Of a stretch of DNA of 64,000 bases, positions 25,115 through 35,049 are shown in pieces. Position numbers and translations under genes: made by a program. Origin of the DNA: Eledone cirrhosa (Eukaryota); contig OZ024740.1 in assembly GCA_964016885.1 (NCBI GenBank), positions 82,770,001-82,834,000 of the forward strand, in the 5' to 3' direction. The notes below the pieces were generated by a model. The model was not told the origin of the DNA. It saw only the letters and a program-made list of their open reading frames with translations, and searched no databases. Positions within the stretch are counted from its first letter, which is position 1. Every line of letters begins with the position of its first letter.

Positions 25115-25115
<1 letters not shown>
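20322..25115 (-). mobile_element. R4/Dong-like element, family A copy 3 (full or near-full length; 5' boundary uncertain)
   Basis: 1215-aa ORF plus ~1 kb of upstream sequence, ending at (TTA)n ~25116. Confidence 0.88.
20464..24111 (-). CDS. RT-CCHC-RLE polyprotein of family A (1215 aa)
   Basis: ATG start; motifs KSPGKD, YRPITCL, QGDSLSP, YMDD, CRVC..H..C and RPDII..DMSVP..KLSKY. An in-frame loss of Tyr gives WID-KKAFD. Confidence 0.9.
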   Translation of the reverse strand: MSNDKISYRIGRHPGKKVPRPSERNQTGVEKSANGSNLPITSELETSHNRNTPTVGPPCSPPRNPKKKREKWSREDNKEVLEAFYTAMYYPSNTSNTEQTYINWKKKHPENRGYIDSNKLANIRRNIVRKKILTDIEIDQIKLVAQSQRRENEACVSENEVNCNTSNPRVGAESLATEQIKERSEKVEGVHAQDETPNENNEIVNDKEMNENELANLKDEIMIEWMKMKESDMGQRDTLPKIQNSKQNQKIIHKTNIILKNIIMTNKLNITDLNHLYYASAKVTTHLCGVKMKKQRNSHKKSTWQDNINRQINLLRSDIEILTNYKVGEHVKQTKLRKLKKKYSIRSTCDIDMLIETIKQKVSAKAARIRRFEKRSRFYKDNNMFKNNQRNFYRKIGKSTITAKSIPPKEEVQEFWEKIWAEEKVHNIHAPWIDRQMKETAHLEEQTWENITVEQLRLALRKASKWKSPGKDKIQNFWINAFTEFHELLAQLYNEIGKEPEKIPTWLVNGITFLLPKNDETNNPKNYRPITCLTTMYKILTSVLTEYTYDHLITNDLFPIEQKGCKRGSYGCKDQLLVNKMILEDCHKRHKNLSIAWIDKKAFDSLPHSWIEKCLEIFKISPVVRRFLSFSMRTWRTTLLLNSETKSLEAGEVNINCGIFQGDSLSPLLFCIALIPLSKMLHETKHGYRVYDKTINHLFYMDDLKLFAKNDEQLQGLLSTVKQFSDDIKMEFGLDKCAKATFTRGKLLKSSHINLDRGNVIRELDQEKTYKYLGVCDGDGIKHSTMRERIRKECYRRFRAILRTELNARNRIDAINTLAIPVVTYSYNVINWSSTEIRRLDTKIRKFLTMHRMYHPKADIDRIYLPRKEGGRGLIQLDIALKTATIGLSTYLRESHDWMIKLVLKHESTKRSYSITKDAQRYSNGLQVSEVPFTAEMENTEKAKQVKVTAKKELLQKLAKKWQEKPLYGKYPERANNPDVDKTLTHQWLASSGLKSETEGLIISAQDQCLPTKNYQANIIKNGCSPLCRVCKKQPETIDHIISMCSPIAPTEYLNRHDRAAQYIHWIMCKHFGLPHQKNWWEHQPPPILEKDHISILWNFSIQADRKIDANRPDIILKDFRRRVCLLIDMSVPIDKNVSIKTFEKLSKYKDLEIEIGKMWKLRTKTIPVVVGVLGMIPKGSNDYLSQIPGNPRIGEIQNIVLMGTAYILRKILSI

Positions 25116-25149
<34 letters not shown>

Positions 25150-25159
25150 GCTATTGTTA

Positions 25160-28100
25160 TTCCTTGAATCTCAGTCATTGATGTTGGTTAACTGGAAAGT
25201 CCGTTGGATTGAATATCAAGCCACTACCTGCAGCCTCAGATATTCAGGACGTATCGGAGGGTTCTTGCCGTTCCAAGCAAGCATGCCTTTTGAAGCGTTC
25301 CAAAAAGCGTGAAGGGGCCGATTTTCTTTAACCATCCCTGGAAACCTTTGGAGATAGTCCCCAGTGCGCCTATGACAATCGGGATCACTTTGACTTCATG
25401 GCAGTTCCAAATCCTTTTCACCTCCCACTTTAGGTCCTGGTATCGGTTAATTTTCTCCCTCTCCTTCTCTTGCACTCTCGTGTCGAACGGGCAGGCCACA
25501 TCCACAATCAGGCACGATCTTTTTTCTTTGTCCACAACCACCAGGTCAGGTCTATTGTGTTCCAGTTTTTTGTCCGTCTGTATCCTAAAATCCCACAGCA
25601 CCTTCACCTGACTGTTCTCCATCACCGCCTCTGGCCTATGCTCATACCATTTCTCAGAATGTGGTAGATTGTTTACTTTGCACAGGTGCCAGTGGATCAC
25701 CCTGCCCATCACATCGTGTCTCCAGCCCTTATAGTGGGTCTGGGCTAGGTGTTTACACTCGGACACAATGTGAGCCACAGTCTCCTCTCTCTCTCCACAG
25801 ATCCTGCACAGTGGGCTAGCCTCCTCCTTGTAGATATGGTGCTTCAACCACTTCGTTTTGAGGGCCTGCTCCTGCGCAGCCATTAGCATTCCTTCTGTAG
25901 CCTTTTTGAGGTCTCCTCTTCTCAACCAGTTCCATGTCTGTGGATCTCTAAATTCAGTTTTCTCAAAGAAGGTACTATGAAGGGATTTTCCCTTAAGGCT
26001 GCTCTTCCTCCTTGATGTTATTTCCTCCTTGGGTATCCCCTGGCCTACTGTCCCCTCCTTCAGTACAGCTCTGAGCATTGGCTCCTTACTATAGGTCACG
26101 TATTTGTATAGGTTGTTTTTCTCCATCTGAACACAGTCCTCTATGCTGATAAGACCTCTTCCACCCTCAGATCTCCTTAGGTAGAGTCTATCGACATCAC
26201 TCCTCTTGTGGAACATGTTGTAGATAGTCAATAGCTTCCTAGTCTTCCTATCCATTTCTTTTTGTTCAGCAACATTCCATCTCAGAATTCCCGCACTGTA
26301 CCTAATAATAGACACAGCTCGGGAATTTACTGCGCTTATGGCATTTCTGCTGTTCAGATGTGACTTCAATACGCTCCTTACTCTCCGAATGTATTCAGTT
26401 CTTAACAATTCCTTCATTTGTTTGTTCTTTATGCCATCAGCTTCCAGAACGCCCAAATACTTGTATCCTTCCTCAGAGTCAATTTCCTTTATCATCTCAC
26501 CTGTTGGTATCTGGATCCCGTTACTTCTGCTCAACCTACCCCTCCTCATCACAATGACTCCACATTTACCAATACCAGACTGCATACATATATCACTGCT
26601 GAAAATACGGACAGTGTCAACAAGCACATCCAACTCCTTCTCACTTTTCCCGGAGAGCTTAAGATCGTCCATGAAGAGGAGGTGATTGATGGTAAGCTCT
26701 CCCCTTCCCAACTTGTATCCTGCTCTCACTTTTCGCAGCATAATGGTCAAGGGCATCAGGGCAAGGACAAACAACAGAGGGGACAGGCTATCTCCCTGGA
26801 AGATACCTCTCTTGATCTTCACGCTTCCCAAGGATACTCCAGTTGATGTCAACTCTGTCTCCCAGGACCCCATACTCCTGCCCAGCAACTGTCTGATGTT
26901 ATCTGCCACCCTGAAGATCTCCAGGCTTTTGGTGATCCAGGAATGAGGCACCATGTCAAATGCCTTTCTGTAGTCTATCCATCCCATGGCAAGATCAGTG
27001 TGTCTCCTCCTGCAATTCCCCATTACCATCTTATCAATAAGCAACTGGTCCTTTGTACCACGTGACTTCTTTCGGCATCCTTTCTGTTCGTCCGGCAACA
27101 AGTTGTTTGTGTGGAGGTGATGGTAGATTTCCTCAGACACAATGCTCGTCAACAGTTTCCACATTACGGGCAGACATGTGATTGGTCTATAGTTGGTAAC
27201 ATCATTACCCTTGATTCGGTCTTTCATTATCAGAACTGTGGTACCTTTTGTCAACCACTCTGGCACCTCACCCGACACCAAGCAGTCATTGAACATGGCC
27301 GTCAGCTTCGGGTGGAGGGATGTTAAATGTTTAATCCAATACCCCTGCACACCATCTGGGCCTGGTGATTTCCAGTTGGTTAGTTTTTTGGCTTGCCCCT
27401 TAAGAGTTTCAACTGTGATACTCAAATCAGTCTGTTGCTGTGCCTGCTCACCGATCTCCCTCTGTACTGTCTCAATCCACCCTGCCTGGGCATTGTGTCT
27501 AACATCCTGCTCCCATATTCCTCTCCAGAATGTTTTAGCTTGTTCCGCCCCAGGGATCAAGTCGTTGCCTCTTTCCTTCCCCTCAAGCTGTCCAAACAGC
27601 ATCTTCTGGTTGTTGTCGAACATGCGGTTCTGTTTATACTGACTGACTCTGTTCTCGTATCGCCTGATTTTGGCACTCTTTGCTACAATGCGTTGCTTCA
27701 ATTCCTCTATGATAATATTTAGCTTTTTACTCCTAGTTTTGTATTTTATTTCCAGTCTATTTTTAGTGCCTATGTTTTTTAGTGTCCCATTCAGTAGTGA
27801 CTCAAGCTTTCCTATGTCATTTCTCATTTCCCCGATTTGCCCACTCAGTCGCTTCTTCCACCACGGCTCTGCTCTTTCTTGTCTGTTGTTTCCTCTCGCT
27901 TTTATACCAAGTAGTTTCCTCACCGTATTTGCTGTTGCTTTGAGGATATTGTTGCACTGGTGAAGACTCCTCGCCTCAAGGTATGGGATGACTTTGTTTA
28001 CCTTAGCTGTTGTTTCTTTTAACTTTTTCCTGTCTACAAATCTTAGGTTCATAGGTCTCCCACTATCATTGTTCAACTCATCTACCACTAAATTTAGGAT

Positions 28101-30002
28101 GTCAACCGAATCTTGTCCTAGCCCGTCAGCATTCATCTCCTCAGTGGCCGTTTCTCTGTTCCAGGTATTATTTATCTCAGTATTCAGATCATTGTCTGCT
28201 TCGGGTGGTTCCTCCGTTCTCAGGACCTCATCACCTTCATTTCCCGCCGGCTCGCTTGTCTGGCATACTACACCCGCCATCTCCAAGCCATTCTCTCTGC
28301 TCAGTTCCTCCAGTTCCAGCTCGCTTATCCACCCATTAGTTCTTATTACTCGAGCCTGCCCGGCCAATTTTTGTTCATCTAATTTAAATAGACCAATCTC
28401 GTTCCAGATGTTATGCACCTGTAGCCCCTCTCCTTGGGGTTACTTTTCAGGTAGCATTGCATAACAGTTCTATTCAATTCTTTCGTCCAGTTGGTTCTGG
28501 CCCCTTTTCTTCTTCTTCTTCCTCCAACATCAGCAGTATTTGGTTGACAGTCAGGTTCCTGCTGCTGAGCCAAGGGGCACCTGTTGGGTGAGAGTCTGTC
28601 ACATGACGTTCTAGTCTCCATTTCACCGTTATTCGAACTGTTTATGTTCGATATTTAAACACTCTTATCGAGGATTGGCGAATGTATGTTTACATAGCCA
28701 TCTGTGGATCCGCCATCCCACTTGGCCCTTGTGTGGCATTATCACCACGCTGTATACGGACACACATAAACAAACAAACACACGGGCAGAAAGGGCCCCA
28801 AAAATGAATAAGCATAAGTTTCATTGTAATGTAGTATTCGAATGTCTGACTTAGTTTTTGTTTTTTAAGTTTTACTTTTTCCCCCCTCTTCTCTGTCCGT
28901 CCGCCTGCTTCTCTCTTCATTCTTATTTTCTTTACGTTTTTGGGGTTTCTTTTTTTGTTTTTGTTTTTCTCTGTTTTTCTCGTTTTTTACTGTTGTTGCT
29001 GTGCTGCTTTTGTTGTTTGTTTTTTCTTTTTTCTTTTGAGTCTATCTATATATTTTGATGCCTTCCTCTTTGTTAGTAGTAGGAATTCTATAATGTGGAA
29101 GTGGTAGCCAGCAGAGACTGGCGGCGTTGGCGATACTGAGACAGTGGTGGTGGTGATGTCGATACCGAGGCAGTGGTGGCGGTGATGCGACCGTATTACT
29201 GTAGTGATGGTGCTGTAGCGGTGGCAGCAGCAGTGAAGGTGTCAGGGGGTGGTGGCGGCGGTGATGGGATAGTGGTGGTAATGATGGCCGTAGGGAGCGG
29301 TGGCGGTGAAGGTGAAAATGCTGTTGTGTTTAGTGTACACAGATGATGGGGTGGGTGGTGTATCTAGTTTCTGGTGTTGGTGAGTTTCGCTGTCCTATAT
29401 AGTGTAGCCAGAGGAGAGAAGGGGGGGGGGGGTCTTCTTCTTCCATTTATAGCCATTTTATTTTTTTTTTGGATATACAGTGTACAATACAAAGTTGAAT
29501 ATTTGAATATTTGAGCCGTATTACTGTAGTGATGGTGCTGTAGCGGTGGCAGCAGCAGTGAAGGAGTCAAGGGGTGGTGGCGGCGGTGATGGGATAGTGG
29601 TGGTAATGATGGCCGTAGTGAGCGGTGGCGGTGAAGGTGAAAATGCTGTTGTGTTCAGTGTACACAGATGATGGGGTGGGTGGTGTATCTAGTTTCTGGT
29701 GTTGGTGAGTTTAGCTGTCCTATATAGTGTAGCCAGAGGAGAGGAGGGGGGGGGGGTTCTTCTTCTTCCATTTATAGCCATTTTTTTTTGGATATACAGT
29801 GTACAATACAAAGTTGAATATTTGAATATTTGAGCCTTATAACAATATATTTTGGGTCCGAATTTTTTTGGGGCTCAAGCCGGCTGTTTTACGTAGCATT
29901 TGTACTAAGAGTTGTTATTTCACAAATGATTTAAATATGTTAAAAATTCAAAACTTACGGGAGCGATTTCATGACCTCCGTCACCTCGTGCGTCTTCTTC
30001 CC
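25160..30002 (-). mobile_element. R4/Dong-like element, family B copy 3 (full length, frameshifted)
   Basis: The ORF is split into 28379-28621 and 25236-28418 by a 7-nt deletion (tccgtct) relative to copy 1. The 5' UTR has a tandem duplication. Confidence 0.93.
29191..29836. repeat. ~325-bp tandem duplication in the family B 5' UTR
   Basis: ccgtattactgtagtgatgg... starts at 29191 and again at 29516. Copy 1 has this block only once. Confidence 0.9.
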
Positions 30003-30009
30003 TATAATA

Positions 30010-30054
<45 letters not shown>

Positions 30055-30056
30055 GT

Positions 30057-30152
30057 TCTTTGAGTCTCAGTCATTGATGTTATTTAACTGGAAAGTTTGT
30101 TGAAATGAATATAAAGCCACTACCTGCAGCCTCAAATATTCAGGACGTATCG
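30057..30152 (-). mobile_element. Family B ~95-bp 3' stub (older variant)
   Basis: Homologous to the family B 3' UTR and bounded by TTA repeats. Confidence 0.85.
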
Positions 30153-30161
30153 TTATTATTG

Positions 30162-32671
30162 AACCTACACATACACATGCATATTTAGGTGTTTAGACTT
30201 GTGATGTACTTGTATTGAGAGAATCGTCCTTAGTATATAGGCAGTTCCCATTAGTACTATCTTTTCTATTTCTCCTATACGCGGGATTCCTGGGATTTGC
30301 GATAAGTAATCATTAGACCCCTTAGGTATCATTTCTAGAGCGCCTACAACCACTAGTATCGTTTAGTTCTCAATTTCCACATTTTTCCAATTTCTATCTC
30401 CAGGTCCTTATACTTGTTCAATTTTTGAAATGTGTCTATTGATACGTTCTTGTCTATTGGAACGGACATATCAATTAGCAGGTATACCCTCTTTTTAAAG
30501 TCCTTCAGTATTATATCAGGTCTATTTGCATCTATTTTTCGGTCTGTTTGGATTGTAAAGTTCCACAAGATTGAGATGTGATATGTTGTATGTACGGCAG
30601 GTTGTTGATGCTCCCACCAATTCTTTTGATGGGGCAGGTCAAAATGCTTACACATTATCCAATGTATGTATTGTGCAGCTCTGTCGTTCCTGTTTAGGTA
30701 TTCAGTTGGAGCTATAGGACTTTTTACATACACGGCATAATGGGTTGCATCTATCTTTTATTATGTTGGCTTGGTAATTTTTTGTTGGCAGGCATTGATC
30801 GTGTGCTGATATAATTAGTCCTTCAGTCTCCGATTTCAGTCCAGAGGATGCCAACCACTGATGGGTTAAAGTTTTGTCAACATCAGGATTGTTAGATCTT
30901 TCTGGGTATTTTCCATACAGAGGCTTTTCTTGCCATTTCTTAGCCAGTTTATGTAGCAGTTCTTTCTTTGCGGTTACTTTTACCTGCTTTGCTTTTTCTG
31001 TGTTTTTCATTTCAGCAGTAAATGGAACTTCTGAAATTTGTAGTCCAGTACTGTATCATTGTGCATCTTTGTAATGGAGAGTGATCTTTTGATGCTTTCG
31101 TGTTTCAAAACGAGTTTGATCATCTAATCATGTGATTCCCTTAGATATGTAGATAATCTAATTGTTGCAGTTTTCAACGCAATATCTAACTGAATTAACC
31201 CACGTCCTCCTTCTTTCCTAGGGAGATATATTATATCTGTATCTGCCTTAGGGTGATGCATTCTGTGCATAGTTAAGGATTTTCTAATTTTTGTATCGAG
31301 CCGTAGGCTCGATACAAAAATTAGTCCTTGACCAGTTGAGGACATTGTAACTGTAGGTTTCTACTGGTATGGCAAGCGTGTTTATGGCATCGATCCTATT
31401 CCTTTCATTCAATTCCGTTCTTAAGATTACTCTTACCCTGCGGTAACATTCTTTCCTTATACGTTCCCTTATTGTCGAGTGCTTGATTCCGTCTCCTTCA
31501 CAAACACCTAGATATTTGTAAGTTTCCTCTTGATCAAGTTCTCTTACCACATTCCCCCGATCAAGATTAATGTCTGAACTTTTCAGCAGCTTTCCTCGTG
31601 TACACCCTTTCTGCTCATTGAGAAATACATCATTTGTTATCAGGTGATCATATGTATATTCTGTTAGGACTGATGTTAAAATGTCATACATCTTGGTCAA
31701 GTAAGTTATCGGTCTGTAATTTTTGGGATTGTTTGTCTCATCATTCGTCGGAAGTAGAAACGTAATGCCGTTAACTAGCTATGATGGTATTTTTTCTGGC
31801 TCCTTAACCATTTCATTGTAAAGTTGGGCTAACAGCTCATGGGACTCTGAGAAGGGATGTATACACAAATTAGGTATTTTGTCTTTTCCTGGGGATTACC
31901 ATTTGGTGGTTTTTCTAAGAGCCAAACGCAACTATTCAACTGTTATATTTTCCCATATTTGTTCCTCAATGTGAGCTGTATCTTTCATTTGCCTGTCTAT
32001 CCATGAATCATGTATATTATGCACTTTTTCTTCGGCCATGTTCTTTTCCCAGAATTCTTGCATTTCCCCTTTGGGTGATATTGATTTAGCAGTTATTGTT
32101 GACTTACCAGTTTTTCTGTAGAAGTTTCTTTCGTTGTTTCTGAACATATTATTGTCCTTATAGAATCTAGTTCGTTTTTCAAAGCGCCTTATACGAGGAG
32201 CTTTGGCCGACACTTTTTGCTTGATTATTTCTATCAGCATGTCTATGTCACTTGTTGATTTTATACTGTATTTTCTTTTCAACTTTCTAAGTTTAGTTTG
32301 TTTAACATGTTCACCTACTTTGTTGTTTGTTAACATTTCCATGTAAGATGGGAGAAGGTTTATTTGGCGATTGATATTCTCTTGCCAAGTAGGTTTCTTC
32401 TGGGAATTCCTTTGTTTTTTAATTTTCACTCCACATAAGTGAGTGGTGGCTTTAGCCGATGCATAATAGTGATGATTTAAATCAGTAATGTTTAGTTTGT
32501 TTGTGATGATAATTAAGTTAGTCTTGTGTATTATCTTTTGGTTCTGTTTGGAGTTTCTGGATTTTAGGGAGAGTGTCTTGTGTCCCCATGTCAGATTCTT
32601 TCATTTTCATCCATTCGATCATAATTTCATTCTTCAAGTTGGCAAGTTCATTCTCATTCATTTCTTTATCA
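30162..32671 (-). pseudogene. Decayed family A copy 4, with frameshifts and an internal deletion of the RT core
   Basis: ORF fragments at 30165-32429 are homologous to family A. EQKGC is joined directly to TRGKLLKSS near 31600. Confidence 0.9.
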
Positions 32672-32690
32672 TTATTATTATTGTTGTTAT

Positions 32691-33185
32691 ATGAATGTCA
32701 GTCATTGATGTTATTTAACTGGAAAGTTTGTTGAAATGAATATCAAGCCGCTACCTGCAGCCTCAGATATTCAGGACGTATCGGAGTGTTCTTTCTGTTA
32801 CCAGCAAGCATGCCTTTTGAAGTGTTCCAAAAGCAGGGCTGGACTAACCTTCTTTAACCATCCTTGGAAACTCTTTGTGATGGTACCTAGTGTGCCTATG
32901 ACAATCGGTACGACTCCGATTTCATGGCAGTTCCAAATCCTTTTTACCTCCAACCTTAAATCCTGGTATCGGTTAATTTTCTCCCTCTCCTTTTCTTGCA
33001 CTCTCGTGTCAAATGGGCAGGCTGCATCTACAATCAGGCACGATCCTTTTTCCTTGTCCAAAACCACCAGGTCAGGCTTATTGTGTTCCAGTTTCTTATC
33101 TGTTTGTATCCTAAAATTTTACAGCACCTGCACCTGATCGTTTTCTATCGCTGACTCTGGCTTATGCTCAGACACTTCTCAGAAT
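32691..33185 (-). pseudogene. Decayed family B 3' fragment (RLE domain)
   Basis: IVDAACPFDTRVQEKEREKINRYQDL; bounded by TTA repeats. Confidence 0.88.
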
Positions 33186-33207
33186 TATTATTATTATTAT
33201 TATTATT

Positions 33208-35049
33208 GTTCTTTGAGTCTCAGTCATTGATGTTAGTTCACTGGAAAGTTTGTTGAGATGAATATCAAGCCACTACCTGCAGCCTCAGATATTCAGGACG
33301 TATCGGAGGGTTCTTGCTGTTCCCAGCAAGCATGCATTTTGAAGTGTTCCAAAAAGCGGAACGGGGCCAATTTTCTTTAACCATCCCTGGAAGCTCTTTG
33401 AGACAGCACCTAGTGCGCCTATGATAATCGGGACCACTTTGACTTCATGGCAGTTCCAAACCCTTTTTACCTCCCACTTTAAGTCCTCGTGTCGGTTAAT
33501 GTTCTCCCTCTCCTTCTCTTGCACTCTCGTGTGAAATGGGCAGGCCACATCCACAATCAGGCGCGATCTTTTTTGCTTGTCAAAAACCACCAGGTCACGC
33601 CTATTCTGTTCTAATTTCTTGTCAGTCTGTATCCTAAAATCCCATAGCACATTCGCCTCATCGTTTTCTATCACCGACTCTGGCTTATGCTCATACCACT
33701 TCTCAGAATGTGGTAAATTGTTTAATTTGCATACATGCCAGTGGATCACCCTGCTTATCATATCATGTCTCCAGCCTTTATAGTGAGTCTGGGCTAGGTG
33801 TTTACACTCGGATACAATGTGAGCCACAGTCTCCTCTCTCTCTCCACAGATCCTACACAGTGAGCTAGCCTCCTCCTTGTCAATATGGTGTTTCAGGCAC
33901 TTCGTTCTGAGGGCTTTCTCTTGCGAAGCCAATAGCATTTCTTTTGTAGCTTTTTTAAGGTCTCCTCTTTTTAACCAGTTCCATGTGCGTGGATTTCTTC
34001 CTTGCACATCCCCTGTTCTATGTTCTTCTCCTTCAATACGATTTTCAGCACTGGCTCCCTACTGTCAGGCACATAATTTGGTAGATTGTTTTTCTCCATC
34101 TGAACACAATCCTCTATGCTGATAAGACCTCTTCCATCTTCAGATCTCTTTGCGTAGAGTCTCTCATCGCCACTCCTCTTGTGGAACATTTTGTATATAG
34201 TCAATAGCTTCCTACTCTTCCTATCCATTTCTTTTTGTCCAGCAACATTCCATTTCAGAATTCCCGCACTGTACCTACTAATAGACACAGCTCTGGAATT
34301 TACTGCACGTATTACATTCCTACTATTTACATGTGATTTTAGTATGTCCCTTATCCTCCTTATGTATTCAGATCTTATCAATCCTTCATTTTGTTGTACT
34401 CTCTGTCATCTGAATTCAGAATACCTAAATATTCGTATCCACGCTTGAATCTCAATTCCCCTTATGATCTCACCTGTTGGTACCTGGATTCTGATGCTTC
34501 TGCTCAATTTGCCCCTGTTCATCACTAGGACTCCACACTTATTAAAACCAAATTCCATACATATATTATTGCTGAAAATACGGACAGTGTTAACAATTAC
34601 ATCCAACCCCTCTGACTTTTCACAAAGAGTTTAAGATCGTCCATGAAGAGGAGGTGATTAATGGTAAGCTCTCTTCTTCCCAGCTTGCATCCTGTTCTCA
34701 CTTTTCGCAATATGAGGGACAAACAAGAAAAGGGACAAACTATCTCCCTGGAAGATGCCTCTATTGATTTTCACGCTTCCCAAGGATTCTCCACCTGATG
34801 TTAGCTCTGTTTCCCTGGACTTTATGCTTTTACTTAATATGTGCTTGATGTATGTCACCTTGAAGATCTCAAGGGTTTTGGTTATCCAAGAATGAGGTAC
34901 CATGTCGAATGCCTTTTGGTAATCCTTCCTTCCCATGGGAAACACAAGTATGCCTCCTCTTGCAATTCCTCATTACAATCTTATCAATAGGTAACTGGTC
35001 GTTTGTACCACGTGACTTCTTTCGGCATCCTTTCTGTTAGTCCGATAAC
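33208..35049 (-). pseudogene. Decayed 5'-truncated family B copy
   Basis: Frameshifted ORF fragments at 33285-34945 cover RT, CCHC and RLE. Confidence 0.9.

Noticed and set aside
11082-28464. Many + strand ORFs of 60-160 aa repeated across the array
   Set aside because: They are antisense shadows of the retrotransposon ORFs and recur only because the elements are repeated.
10207-35049. CRISPR-like or telomeric array interpretation
   Set aside because: The spacers are retrotransposon copies, the repeats are simple TTA tracts, there are no TTAGGG-type repeats, and ordinary repeat-rich DNA lies on both sides.
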